15,596 nucleotides of DNA from Tubiluchus corallicola. Its lineage: Eukaryota > Animalia > Priapulida. Position 1 is the first letter of the stretch. Every line of letters begins with the position of its first letter. Below the pieces are notes generated by a model, which did no database searches, was not told where the DNA came from, and worked only from the letters and a program-made list of their open reading frames with translations. The stretch lies in assembly GCA_030141605.1 (NCBI GenBank), contig JAQGDQ010002081.1:1-15596 (forward strand), written 5' to 3'. Both the position numbers and the translations under genes were made by a program. Shown in pieces: positions 1 through 10,934 of this stretch.

Positions 1-9
1 GTGTGTAAA

Positions 10-41
10 GCGCATGCGCTGACGCATTCATCTAACATGGC
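10..41 (+). promoter_or_regulatory. Candidate promoter motif cluster (NRF1 palindrome, CRE-like, YY1-like) upstream of the globin
   Basis: GCGCATGCGC at 10-19, TGACGCA at 20-26 and AACATGGC at 34-41, about 600 bp upstream of the ATG. Motif match only. Confidence 0.4.
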
Positions 42-632
42 TTCAGGTACCATGGTCTCAACTTGGACTGTGAGCTGGCTACTGCTACACACAGCTTCTG
101 CAAACAATTCTAATCGAAGTAGGGTTTAATTTCGAGTGTTAGAAGGTCGTACATGACTTAAATATATTAAAAGGAAATTTAGTCATCTTAATAATATATC
201 ACAGCCACATGACTGATTAACGTCTGCTGCAGTTTAAACGAAGACTTCTCTGAGCTACAACATTGTTGCATCACATCGTTGCTGGCATTCTACCTTTTAG
301 TAACTTAATCTATTGGAAAATAATCTCTTCTTAATGTTTCCAGAGAGCGCAGAAGTTCAATACATTGGGAGGCAGGAAGACATTAATTGTACGGTCGCAT
401 CTTGCCAAACTGTCATTTAGAGTAACGGTAACATCAACCGGTCGCTAAGGGAGTAAAACCAGGAGTATTATGATGCTATTGAATTGCATTAAATAGCAAT
501 CTGACAGTATCAGTGATATCATATAATTTTCGCCTGACATGTACGAAAGTCAAGACTAGCACAGTTTTAGATGATGACACATATTTGTGTTTGCATTTGG
601 TAAACAAATTAAAGCAGAAGTTGTGATTCGAA

Positions 633-838
633 ATGGGTTGTGCTCCGTCTTGTGATATTACTCGCTCAGACTCTAATCGCTCAGATGCAAAGATTAACGG
701 GGATCTAGATAATCCAAAACTTCCTGATCCAGTGGATCCCAGGTTACCTCTAACGGCTCGGCAAAGATTCAGCATCCAGAAATCATGGAAAGCGATCACT
801 CGAAACATGGAAAACACGGGTGTGACTATGTTTGTGAA
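633..838 (+). CDS. GbXL: Globin X-like (acylated, neuroglobin-like) globin, coding exon 1: N-terminal extension, A helix and start of B helix
   Basis: ATG at 633 gives MGCAPSC...DPRLPLTARQRFSIQKSWKAITRNMENTGVTMFVK. It has the A-helix SW motif and a perfect donor AA|GTAAGT at 839 in phase 2 at helix position B12 (B12.2). The DPRLPLT..Q signature resembles invertebrate globin X-like proteins (recalled, not searched). Confidence 0.93.
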
Positions 839-1011
839 GTAAGTGCTGTCAGTGAAATTGTTAATTAACTATTAGCATTGTTAATTGTTAAAAATAAACT
901 ATTTACATGTAGATCTAAAGCAGATCTAAAATAATTATTTATGATAAGGAAAAACCAAAGCAATAATTAATAAAAGAAATTAAAAGGAATAAGCCAACTA
1001 GGTCATCTTCG

Positions 1012-1315
1012 TAGTAGCATCGGCAGCCAGCAACAGCAATAGCAGTAGCAGCAGCAGCAGCAGCAGCAGCAACAGCGGGAGCAACGGCAGCAGAAGCAGC
1101 AGCAGTAGAAGTACCACTTGTAGTAGTAGAAGTTGCAGAAGCAGCAGCAGCAGTAATAGTAGTAGTAGGTAGTGATGATGGTGGTGGTAGTGGTGGTGGT
1201 GGTGGTGGTGATGGTGGTGGTGGTGGTGGTGGTGGTGGTGGTGGTGGTGGTGGTGGTGGTGGTGGTGGTGGTGGTGGTGGTGGTGGTGGTGGTGGTGGTG
1301 GTGGTGGTGGTGGTG

Positions 1316-1398
<83 letters not shown>

Positions 1399-1530
1399 TG
1401 TAGTAGTAGTAACAGTAGTAGTAGGGCAGAAGAAGTAGTAGAGGTAGTGGTAGTGGTAGCGGAAGTGCAGTGGTTGTGGTTGTTGTTGTCGTCGTTGTCG
1501 TCGTCGTAGTTGTCATTGCTATAGCAGCAG
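1012..1530. repeat. Compound trinucleotide microsatellite (GCA)n-(GGT)n-(AGT)n with degenerate GTT/GTC tail
   Basis: Directly visible: about 50 GGT units (~1176-1326), about 24 pure AGT units from 1327, and a GCA-rich block at 1012-1152. Lies in globin intron 1. Confidence 0.97.
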
Positions 1531-2680
1531 TAATACTGTAAAAACAATTGTTATAGTGGTGATGGTCCTGCCAAAAGTAGCGACAGTTGTGGACATTAAT
1601 TAGTAAACATAAAGATCATAGTGACTGCATAAATTTTCTTGCAAAAAGATGAAAAAGCACAAAAATTATGGTGCAGTGTCAGACATTGCGCGTCTCCACA
1701 AAACGTTGAGTACAACTAAAGGTACTAGACGTTTTCATCAAAGCTACCTTAACAGCAATGGTAAGATGGGTTCTGACCCAAGGAAGTTACGCTAAAATCA
1801 CAAGCAAAAAAAATAAAAATCATACAGCTCGGGGCACCACTAGAGATGCAATATTGCGCAACCATTAATATTATCACTTTTGTGATGTTCTTTTACGTGG
1901 CTCTATGGTTGCCATAAAGAAGCCATAGTCTAACGTGACTCTAGAGAAAATGATGGAGTACATCGGCAATGTATGTTTCCTGAATATAATAACGTAATTG
2001 CTGCTCTATGTTGGTTTTATTACGGGTTCTCTGTAAACTATTGGATTGGAGACTGTGTAAGTTGATTAAGTAATCATATTTGCTTCACTGCAACCGATTA
2101 AACATCAGTTTAAAGATCGTTTAGTGCTAGAAACGTAGTATAGAGGGATGGCTGTAATCTCATAAAGGCAAAAAGCTATCATCTTGTTAGCAAGTTGTGT
2201 TGTTTGCTATTTCATTTATCACATTTATGGTAAATTACCAAACAATTCGCTCAGTTTGCCAGCAAATTATTTTTGCGAAAGATTTTAATGTGTGAGTAGA
2301 GCGAGTGCAATCAGCCAAGCCTGTCGTGAATTTCTGTTGCAAAACGCTATGTAGACATAATTGTGACAGTGGCGGTTATCCCTATCCCCTCCCCATTACA
2401 TAACAAAGTACAATGTAAGAAGTGAATGTGAGAAGAGATAAGAAGGCGGTCAAAAATCCCTGTTCTTACGTGAGTGACATTCAAACCCATGGCTCAGCAG
2501 GCAAGGACCGTCCTAGTCGGTACTGTACTATTTTGCGATTTTTTTCAGAAGTCTTCCAAGCCTTTAGTGAAGAGCCATCCGTCTGCAATTTGAAATATAT
2601 AATTAACGTTCAGTGAGTAAAACCTAAAAGACTGCTACAATTTTCAATACACAAAATGGCTTTATTTATACGGGGTTAAC

Positions 2681-2748
2681 TTGTTTCCCAGAAAAGCTTT
2701 TTTCCAGAAAGTTTTTTGCCAGAAAATTTTTTGCCCGGCAAAAAATTT
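2681..2748. repeat. Short degenerate ~15-bp tandem repeat ending in a perfect palindrome
   Basis: Units of TTT(G/C)CCAGAAA(A/G), then AAATTTTTTGCC-C-GGCAAAAAATTT at 2724-2748 (12-bp arms). Confidence 0.7.
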
Positions 2749-5582
2749 ACTTCAAAGAGGGATACTGATGACGTAATTTGGCCACTTCATATGTTCCAAG
2801 GTCAGTAATCGCATCACTGAATGAAAACCAACATATAACTTCCTATTCGCTCGTAATGTTGAAAAAGTATCTATCTGTGAAAGTCCCCAGAGTACAGGAC
2901 CATATCTTAACATTTAAGTGTCCAGGGACGGCGGGCTAAAATATGAAATGTTATAAAAATGTACAAAACGACTAAAGATCATTCCTGAAAATTTGGTAAC
3001 TGTATCTAGCTATGAATGGGTGCTTACTAGTACTGGAAGCCTAATTTACGCATGAGGTTTACTGCTAATGACTAAGATATAATAGCGTGTATTGATAAAA
3101 TTCAAATATTTGATTGAAAACTGCAAAAAGGAAGTTGCAATCCATAAAGAGGGACAGGGACACATCCTGGACACGGGGCAGCCTCTTAACCTATAGAGCC
3201 CCACCCTGCCCCCAACATCCCAGCCCTTTTTGCCCTTGTATATACATTGCTATATCCAGTTCACAAGGTTTGAGGTAACAGTAATTGGAAGATTAACTGA
3301 CCTTGCAGTAAAAATAAAAATCATTACTTGGAAAGCGCCATTTTGAAAATCCAAGATTGCGGCAAGGCTGATTTTTAAAAAATGGAAAGATATTTTTTAG
3401 GTTAAGGCAAATTCTCAGCTTTCTAATAATGTATAGGATTTCTAATCCCCAAAAATTTTTAACAAACCTTTTAGTCAGGGCATTACGTACTAGATTACTA
3501 GGACATTTTCCTGTTTAAATTACAGCCGATTTCAGTGGTACAGGTTAACTTCAAAACAATTCAAATTAATTTTAAAGAAATGCCGAAACCTTTTTCTTTA
3601 AAGAAATGCTAATACTATAGTATTTGAGGACTAGTTCCATAATGATGTTTTTATTTTTCCTATACGAAGATTAAAGGTACCAAAATGAATCTGTAAAATT
3701 TGAACTGTAAATACCCTTAGCTTTGCCAAGACAATAAAATGATGTGTTCAACGAAGCTTGCGTGATTAACGCTGTCATTGAACGCATCCATTGCAGCTGC
3801 TGCGAAATAAATTTTGTTTACTTTCGCTTTTTTCGAAGAAATTTTCCCTTTTTCGTTTTACGGCAACAATGAGATAAAGGTAGCTCGCGTTATGGGGTTA
3901 TAAATAATTAACAAAATAGTTATTTCATTTACCACCACATGGAAATTTAGGTTAATTAATCGATATTTTGTTGCGAATTTGTGGGCGAATATTCTGACTT
4001 AAGGCTCGTGTTCGGGTACGTCTCTACAGAATGTCAGCAGACCGCTTCCTGTTCAGAGATTAAGTTCTCTGCTACTGGTAGTGGCGCGCTGGTGGAGCGT
4101 TTTTTGGTCTTCTATATTGTATGTACTCTTGTTCCTAAATATATATATATATCGTATATACTAATTTCGGTGGTATGTTAAGACAAAAAAGCAAAATTCT
4201 TGTATTTTGAAGCTTTTTGTACATTTGTATTTGAACAATGGGTGTACTGCCTTAGCGTCGTTAGGCAAGAAGATACTAAGAGTTTCTGGAGTTCGCTGAC
4301 TTTGTTATACATGTTAAAGTATTATAAAGTATTCCTGAATTAAATCACATTGATTTACGAGATCTAGTGTTTTTGAGACAGTTTATTGCACTTAGTGAGC
4401 GGTTTACGATTGCAACCGAAATCTGATTTATTTTTGCAACTTTGAAACAGAAGCAACTGCCCTTTAACAAACTTTTACATTACTTAATTCGCTTGATAAA
4501 GACAATATTTTAAAACTAGTTATATCTTGTTTAACAGGCTTTAGTACACAGGCACAGACTTTGCCTGCAACGTTTTTTGTTTCATGTCCTTAAATGACGA
4601 ATAAGGTCAAATTTGAACACAGTGCTGCTTTTTCTGTCTTACAACAGTTTGTCGCAGTCAGGAACCTCGTAAAAAGTCACTTTTGACCAGTGATAGCTCA
4701 AAGTAAGGCCTAGCGGCTCCGTGTGTAACACGGTACAAGAATGGTTTTATGAAAGTAACAGTAAGCATTTAGACGCGGCTTACGCTGACGACAACGACGA
4801 TAATGATAACTGTGATTATTACGACTAGGTTTACACTCCTCGGGTTGGCTATAGGAGTCTTCACTTTTCAGTACTATGAATCAGCCATGCTAATCAATAG
4901 CACGAGCAGAGCGACAACTGATTTATCCATTTACACGAACAATATTTATCGAATAGTCATCTAATTCATAAGTGTCCATATATTACATAAGAATATAGCC
5001 GGATCAATCTCTATGAGATTCACTTATTTTTTCTAATAGGTAAAATATTTAATTGTTTAAGAGTTATAGCTGTCGCTCTTCTCATGTAACTAATTGTACC
5101 GAATTTGTCGGATACAATGTCAATTTGTATCAATGAAACTAAATATAAGTTGTATGCAAAATTGTTCGTTGGAGGAAGATGACGCCAAATCAGTTCACGC
5201 ATCTGGGAAAATCTCAAACCAAGTTATGTAGTTCTGTAGCTTGCAGTGCAGTCCATATATTCATTTCAGCAGCATCAAGCTAACTACGGAATTTTCAAAA
5301 GACAGTTTCATCTAGTTTCATTTCATAATGATGCTCGTAATTTTGTCGTGAACGTACTCATGCAGTCGCCATTAGGTAATCGGTTTTTGCTCTACTGTAA
5401 TTCGCCTATAATTGCTCATTTAGTTGGTACGCGACAATGCGTTTTAAAGGCACCTATTAAAAGAACAGTTCGTCTTGGTGAATTCAAAACCACTCAAATA
5501 AATATGCCTGACTGAAACATTCTGTAGAGTAAGTTAAGATTAAGCTTTCACTTTAGCAGTTATAAAACAGAAAACAAGCAAC

Positions 5583-5690
5583 AGCGTGGAAATCACCAAC
5601 TGTAAAATAGGCCTACCTAAGCGTGAACATCATCAACTGTAAAATAGGCATCCCTCAGCGTGAACATTATCAACTGCAAAATAGGCCTAC
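5583..5690. repeat. 37-bp minisatellite, about 2.9 copies
   Basis: Units start at 5583, 5620 and 5657, with consensus AGCGTGAACATCATCAACTGTAAAATAGGCCTACCT(A/C). There are no spacers. Confidence 0.9.
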
Positions 5691-6648
5691 AAAAGCTAAT
5701 CAGGTTGAAAAACTAATATAATTTAGTTCTTGCTAACTGTTGGTGCACCACGCCATTGTGTACAGTTTCCATGCAAGGATCAGAATAGGGTGGTCACAGA
5801 GATCCCGAATAGCTTACAAAACTTTATTATCGATAACATGATAAGGTGTGTGTGTATAAACGAAAAGGAAATAAAAAACCATATCAACAAAGTCGTAAAC
5901 ATCACACATTGAGATGTTGCGAAATGCTGCTTTCCTACATTTAACAAAGTTATTTGAAGAAGTAATCAGTGACTGTGAAGTTGTAGATTGAAAAAGCTTC
6001 TAGGGTAAATAGTTCCTTGGGAAATATGATAACGCAATTTTGAAGGTAAGCGAGATGTTTATGCTCCACTTGCCACTTGCGTGGTAACTTTTCAACAATA
6101 CTTACAGGGTCTAAGCTAAATTTGTATTAAAGCATAAATAACTTTTGAATTAAGTGGCCGTTTTTGTAGTTGATGACGTCGTGCGTTTTCAGTATTTTAA
6201 CTGTTAACATTTGTCATTAAACAACTATTAGTTAGCACAGTAATTATGGTATGTGTGAGATTACCGGGCTTTGATGGCCCAGTAATCTAAATATTATTCG
6301 ACAATTACATGTATAAGAATTAGTTTTCCAAATAATTTCTGTAATTTAATTTTTTTTAATTTAGATGCTATAAATGGTTAAATGGGCCAGCATCTCTGCT
6401 GAAACCGATTGGTGATTAATATAGTTTAACCAAAAGGCATTTAATATTATATAATGCAACAGATGTTTGAAATTATACCCTGTATTTTGTCATAGCTATT
6501 ACATAAACCAGTCTGTTACCTGTCTTTTGTAACAGACAAAAAGGTTGTATAACTACAGTAACTGACAGCAAAGAAGCCTGCTCACAACTTTCTTGACAAT
6601 AATTTTTTCAAATCTCTTATCTCAAATTTCCATCTTCTCCTCTTACAG

Positions 6649-6880
6649 ATTATTCCTCGGCTCTCCGGACCTGTTGGCTGTTTTCAGAAACAAGTTCAAA
6701 AATGTTCCAATAGAACAACTGGCTTCAAGCCCAGAGCTGGAACACCATGCTAGTATGGTTATGTCCACGATAGATGAAGCCATACATTCCCTCAATAGTC
6801 TTGACTTTTTCTTTGAGCTACTGTATACTGTTGGTATGACACACCGAGACATAAACGGATTTAAAGTCGACTATTTTTGG
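6649..6880 (+). CDS. GbXL: Globin coding exon 2 (B12 to G6, haem-binding core)
   Basis: Pyrimidine tract plus CAG acceptor at 6646-6648; 232 nt, restoring frame (AA+A = Lys). Encodes LFLGSPDLLAVF(CD1)...ELEHH(E7)ASMV(E11)M...VGMTH(F8)RDINGFKVDYFW. Donor TGG|GTAAGC at 6881, phase 0 (G7.0). Confidence 0.95.
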
Positions 6881-7336
6881 GTAAGCACAAACAGTTACAA
6901 ATTGTAAAAAAACATCACAACAGTCAAGTTTGCGCAATTTTTGTGATGAAACATCGATCACGGCAGAGACTATTATAATGACAGCGACGATAACAAACAT
7001 AGTGATGTCAGAAACATACAAACGGCAACAGCATAGTCAAATTAATAAGACTAACTATGTTGCCCACTTTTAGAAAAAACGCCTCTAGGGTTCCACCCTT
7101 CTGAAAATGGGACTAGACTAAGACATGGAGTTCGAAAGCTTATACTTTTAACGTTGACAAAGTCTAATATAGAAAGCCGGTCCAAAAGGCGTTCACAATA
7201 CTATTAAAAATATCTACAGCTAGCTTTTCAGACTAGTATAAATACTAAGCAATTCAAACAACAAATTTTCAGCTCATCTCGTTATAATTTGCACAGCATT
7301 ATGGTTGATAAAGTGACGAATTTATTATTATTTCAG

Positions 7337-7486
7337 AGAATAGAGGAGCCATTCCTGGAAGCTGTAAAGGAGACACTAGGCGAAAGATACACGCCCAACA
7401 TGGAAAACATTTACAAGATTACCATTCATTTTATCTTGGAAACTTTAGTAAAAGCTTATCACGAAAATAAAAAACCGTCATCGTAA
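7337..7486 (+). CDS. GbXL: Globin coding exon 3 (G and H helices to stop)
   Basis: TTTCAG acceptor ending at 7336. Encodes RIEEPFLEAVKETLGERYTPNMENIYKITIHFILETLVKAYHENKKPSS*. The spliced CDS is 206+232+150 = 588 nt, or 195 aa plus stop. Confidence 0.95.
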   Translation, partial: RIEEPFLEAVKETLGERYTPNMENIYKITIHFILETLVKAYHENKKPSS

Positions 7487-7908
7487 TATTAATAGTATAA
7501 TCATTAAAAGTAATAATACTTTTAGCATTAATAATATAGAAGCATTTAGGCATAAATCTAAAAAACCGTTATTATTGCAAACATTATCCTTTAGGCCGGG
7601 GGATTTTATTTTTAATTTGCCCCGATCAGTTGGGTGTGACTGTAAGAAAAGTCGACTGCTCAATCTTAACACTAATCGGAACTTTAAATTACAGGTTAAT
7701 TTTGTGCAGTGATTTAAATACCATGTTTTCCTTACTTCCTAAATGGGTAACAATTTTCACATTGCAAAGAGAAGAGGTGTACGTTAAACGTTATCTATTA
7801 ATTACTGCTACCGTGCTTATTTGCTCAATTTCTGCATAAAGTACAAAATATCATTTTATCAGTGCCACTAAATGGTTGGACGGGATATGGTCGAATTTGT
7901 TGAATTAT

Positions 7909-8150
7909 GTAGCGTTTATGTAGCGTCCGGAATGTGTTATGCGTTATCCGGATGCTACATAAGCGCCACTTTATGCATTAGCCATCTGCCGAATAGCTGT
8001 GGAATAAAAAAATTAATTGGAAATAGCTGCAGAAAAAATAATGCATAACGCTGGTCTGATAAACAAGTGCACTGAAAACAATATAAACTGATTTTGTCTA
8101 CTCTGCACCCCCATAACGCATACGTACTGCGGACGCTACATATACGCCAC
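7909..8150. mobile_element. MITE-like inverted-repeat element with an internal hairpin
   Basis: 7909-7947 (GTAGCGTTTATGTAGCGTCCGGAATGTGTTATGCGTTAT) is an imperfect inverted copy of 8113-8150. 7909-7931 also pairs with 7947-7969. No clear TSD. Confidence 0.6.
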
Positions 8151-10052
8151 TTTGATCAAAATGACGTTGACCGGGGCAGCTGGGTTAGGTGGATAAGAAA
8201 ACCGAAGCGGTCTAATTGAAAAAGACGCTACAAAAATTGACATAAATTTTTTTGCTGTTTTTAACACCTAAGTTTAAAAGCAAGTTTAAACAGTAATACC
8301 AAAAGTTAATAGATTTGGAAACAGGTGAAAGTTGGGCCCTACAGTGTTTCAACAACCCTTTTTCGCAGAAATTAGCAGTTTCATACACCTTTTCAAAAAG
8401 CGTGACTGAATAGAACCTTCAATTACGTCTTACTAGAATTTGAAAGCTTTATCAATGTGTGGCTTTTGCTCTTCTGGGTCTTTTCGCTTCAGAACTAGGG
8501 CGTGTTTTAATGTAACAAAAGAGTTTCATACTTCCATTCAGCATAGAAACCAAAAGTAAAGCGACCATGTGAGCGTGGTTTTTTTTACACATATTCTGGG
8601 AATGGGGTAAAATACATATCAGTTTCTATGGTTACCGAACGTAGTGTTTTAGGAAAAACATCTCAGTGTCAATCTATACTATTCAGCTCTAAATTAAATT
8701 TGCTGACTAATTTCTCCATGGAATAACAGGACAATAAATTTTATGGCGCTTGCATGAAATATGTTCGGATAATATGATAACCTGAACTTTCATGAAACCA
8801 TAAAAATAAGCTATTATTTTAGGACGGTATTATACGTTATATAAATTCAGTTAATGTGAAATCTGCAAAGTTGAGTATTGCGGTATTTATGAATCTTTGG
8901 AAAACAGTACCTGTTCTTGATTGCCCGGTTTATGCTGCCCTTGTTATTAGCATTTTATTGGTCAGAATTGATTGTTGGGATGCATTTCTTCAACAATAGT
9001 GTACATTGATTTTGAAACAAAAATGACTGTATCATGTTAGTGACAATAATCAGTCATTAATAAATGTCAGGGTCATGACTATCTATTTTCCATGCATTAT
9101 AGCTCGTTATATAAAACACATAATACATATAATTCTTGTTTATTAAAAATTGAACTAAACGTGAGGACTGCAGTAGTTATTAGTTAGTAATTACGGAACA
9201 TGCAGTCAAAATGCTGGTACGTTAAAGCATGTGTTCTGCGTTCGAATTCGGGCACGTTTGCAAAGCTGCAATTAGCAGGAACAAATGCAATAGTTTATTA
9301 TATTGGCGTTTGGCGTTTTCAAGTAGCACTATATTTTGTGATGAGCTTATGCTATAAAAGCTCAAATTTGTATGTACTCAATATGTTAATTATGGAATGA
9401 ATCACGTAATTATTGAATTTAAAACTAAACTTGCATGTTTGAAGCACTGAAGTGGTGAGTTATTAGACATGCTACAATCTCTGGAGTCGCGCAGTAAAGT
9501 TATCATGGTGTTGAACTTGTCAACTAAAAGGTCCTTGCTCAAATACAGTCTCAGTCACATATTTTTTTCAAATATCTTCCTTTCGGATAAGTTTGATTTC
9601 AAATTCAATGATGGTGGACGCGTCTAGCAGTCATCAGAATCATCAAACAACCCAATTGCGTAAACATTAATGCATTTTTATGATTAAAACTTAAATCTTG
9701 ATTTAAGTCCATACATATTGATAATTAGATATTAATATTAAATAAGTAGATTTTATAGAAAACAAAGTGGTTTCTGCTGATGAATTCTAGTTTGTGATTC
9801 GGATTTCGAATTGTCAAATAATCAATTTGCATTCATGCACGAACGCCTTTATCTATAATTTTGAAATAGAAAATTAAATGTATTACATATAATTATCATG
9901 AACAAGCTGTTTTGCAAATTAAATGTTTATGATTAATAATTGAGAAATGTTCTGATTATCAATTATATCTCTCTGTTTCTGTATGAGATGCAGTAAACTT
10001 AGTTTAAGCAACTCGCTTTATATGACGTCTTGAACATTTTACTTGTACTAAA

Positions 10053-10077
10053 AATAAATTATTGTATCGTTTTTATT
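10053..10077. terminator. Facing polyadenylation hexamers, candidate 3' ends of both convergent genes
   Basis: AATAAA on + at 10053-10058 with upstream TGTA and a downstream T-rich tract. AATAAA on - at 10077-10072 is the first canonical hexamer I find after the minus-gene stop. Confidence 0.4.
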
Positions 10078-10934
10078 TTACACCGATGAAGAATGTTTAA
10101 TCATATGTCATTTCACATCACTGATAATTTCGAACTTACAGAAACTTAACGTAATTCACACAGAAATTAATCAAACGTCAAACTTGCTAAAAAGGTTTAA
10201 GGTAAGCCACGTGCACAAGGCATCCACACATAAAGCGCAGCGCATACTAGAAAGCAAAACTTCAAACAACATTATTTAGACTTGTCTTGCAGTAGTTCTA
10301 CTGAACGCGCCCAAGGAATGAACACCCTTGCACACAGGAGACAAAAATGTGCGCGAAACTTTAACTGTATAACCTCATGCGTTTTTAATCACTGGTTGGC
10401 TGTCTCGCAAAACAGATAACACACACGGCTCGCAAAACATTTGTTTCCATTTTCTGAATGAAGCAGTCCTTGTCTTGCAAAATATTTTGGAAAACAATCT
10501 TTTCTGAATTCTGTTTTTTTGTTTTTTTAGTGCGCGCAGACGCCACATTTCTTATATATTTTTATGTTTTGTGGTTCTTGTTCTTTGTCCGATGGCGTTA
10601 GGCATAAACTTATAAAGGATGTAACAACGTTAGCATTAAATTCCCGTTAATGAAATCTAAAAGGACCTGCGCAAGCCGCAAATATAAATCGTTGAATCGC
10701 ACACAGTTATTTTCAGAGAATGTCGAAATGTCGGAACAGAGTAGCCTAAAAGGTAAACGCAGGACTAATTAGGATGATTAATTACGGAAAACACAAATAA
10801 ATCAACAACGACATCAGAGATTTAAACTGCTATTGTATAAGGTTTGATCCAAGTAAGGCTTGACAGCATACTTGGTGTGATCAAAATTATAAATGTACCC
10901 AGTGCGTAACAAAGCTTAAAATAAAAACAATCCA

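Noticed and set aside
476-817. 113-aa minus ORF (also 6643-6852 minus)
   Set aside because: These are antisense shadows of real globin exons with no recognisable protein features.
939-1547. Poly-Pro/Leu/His/Tyr/Val ORFs (202, 172 and 88 aa)
   Set aside because: They are artefacts of the stop-free trinucleotide microsatellite in intron 1.
1894-2472. TACGTG hypoxia-response cores at 1894 and 2467 in the globin intron
   Set aside because: Hexamers at chance frequency with no clustering or supporting evidence.
2890-4470. Transposon-like fragments (CGCCATTTTGAAAATCCAAGA, TTAAAGG...CCTTTAA ends)
   Set aside because: They look like repeat relics, but I could not pair termini or define boundaries without a library search.
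5583-5690. 37-bp repeats as a CRISPR array
   Set aside because: The units are contiguous with no spacers, the context is a eukaryotic intron, and there are no cas genes.
6103-6484. TACAGGGT...ACCCTGTA as Tc1/mariner termini, with a small hairpin at 6258-6288
   Set aside because: Only 8 bp match and the similarity does not extend inward.
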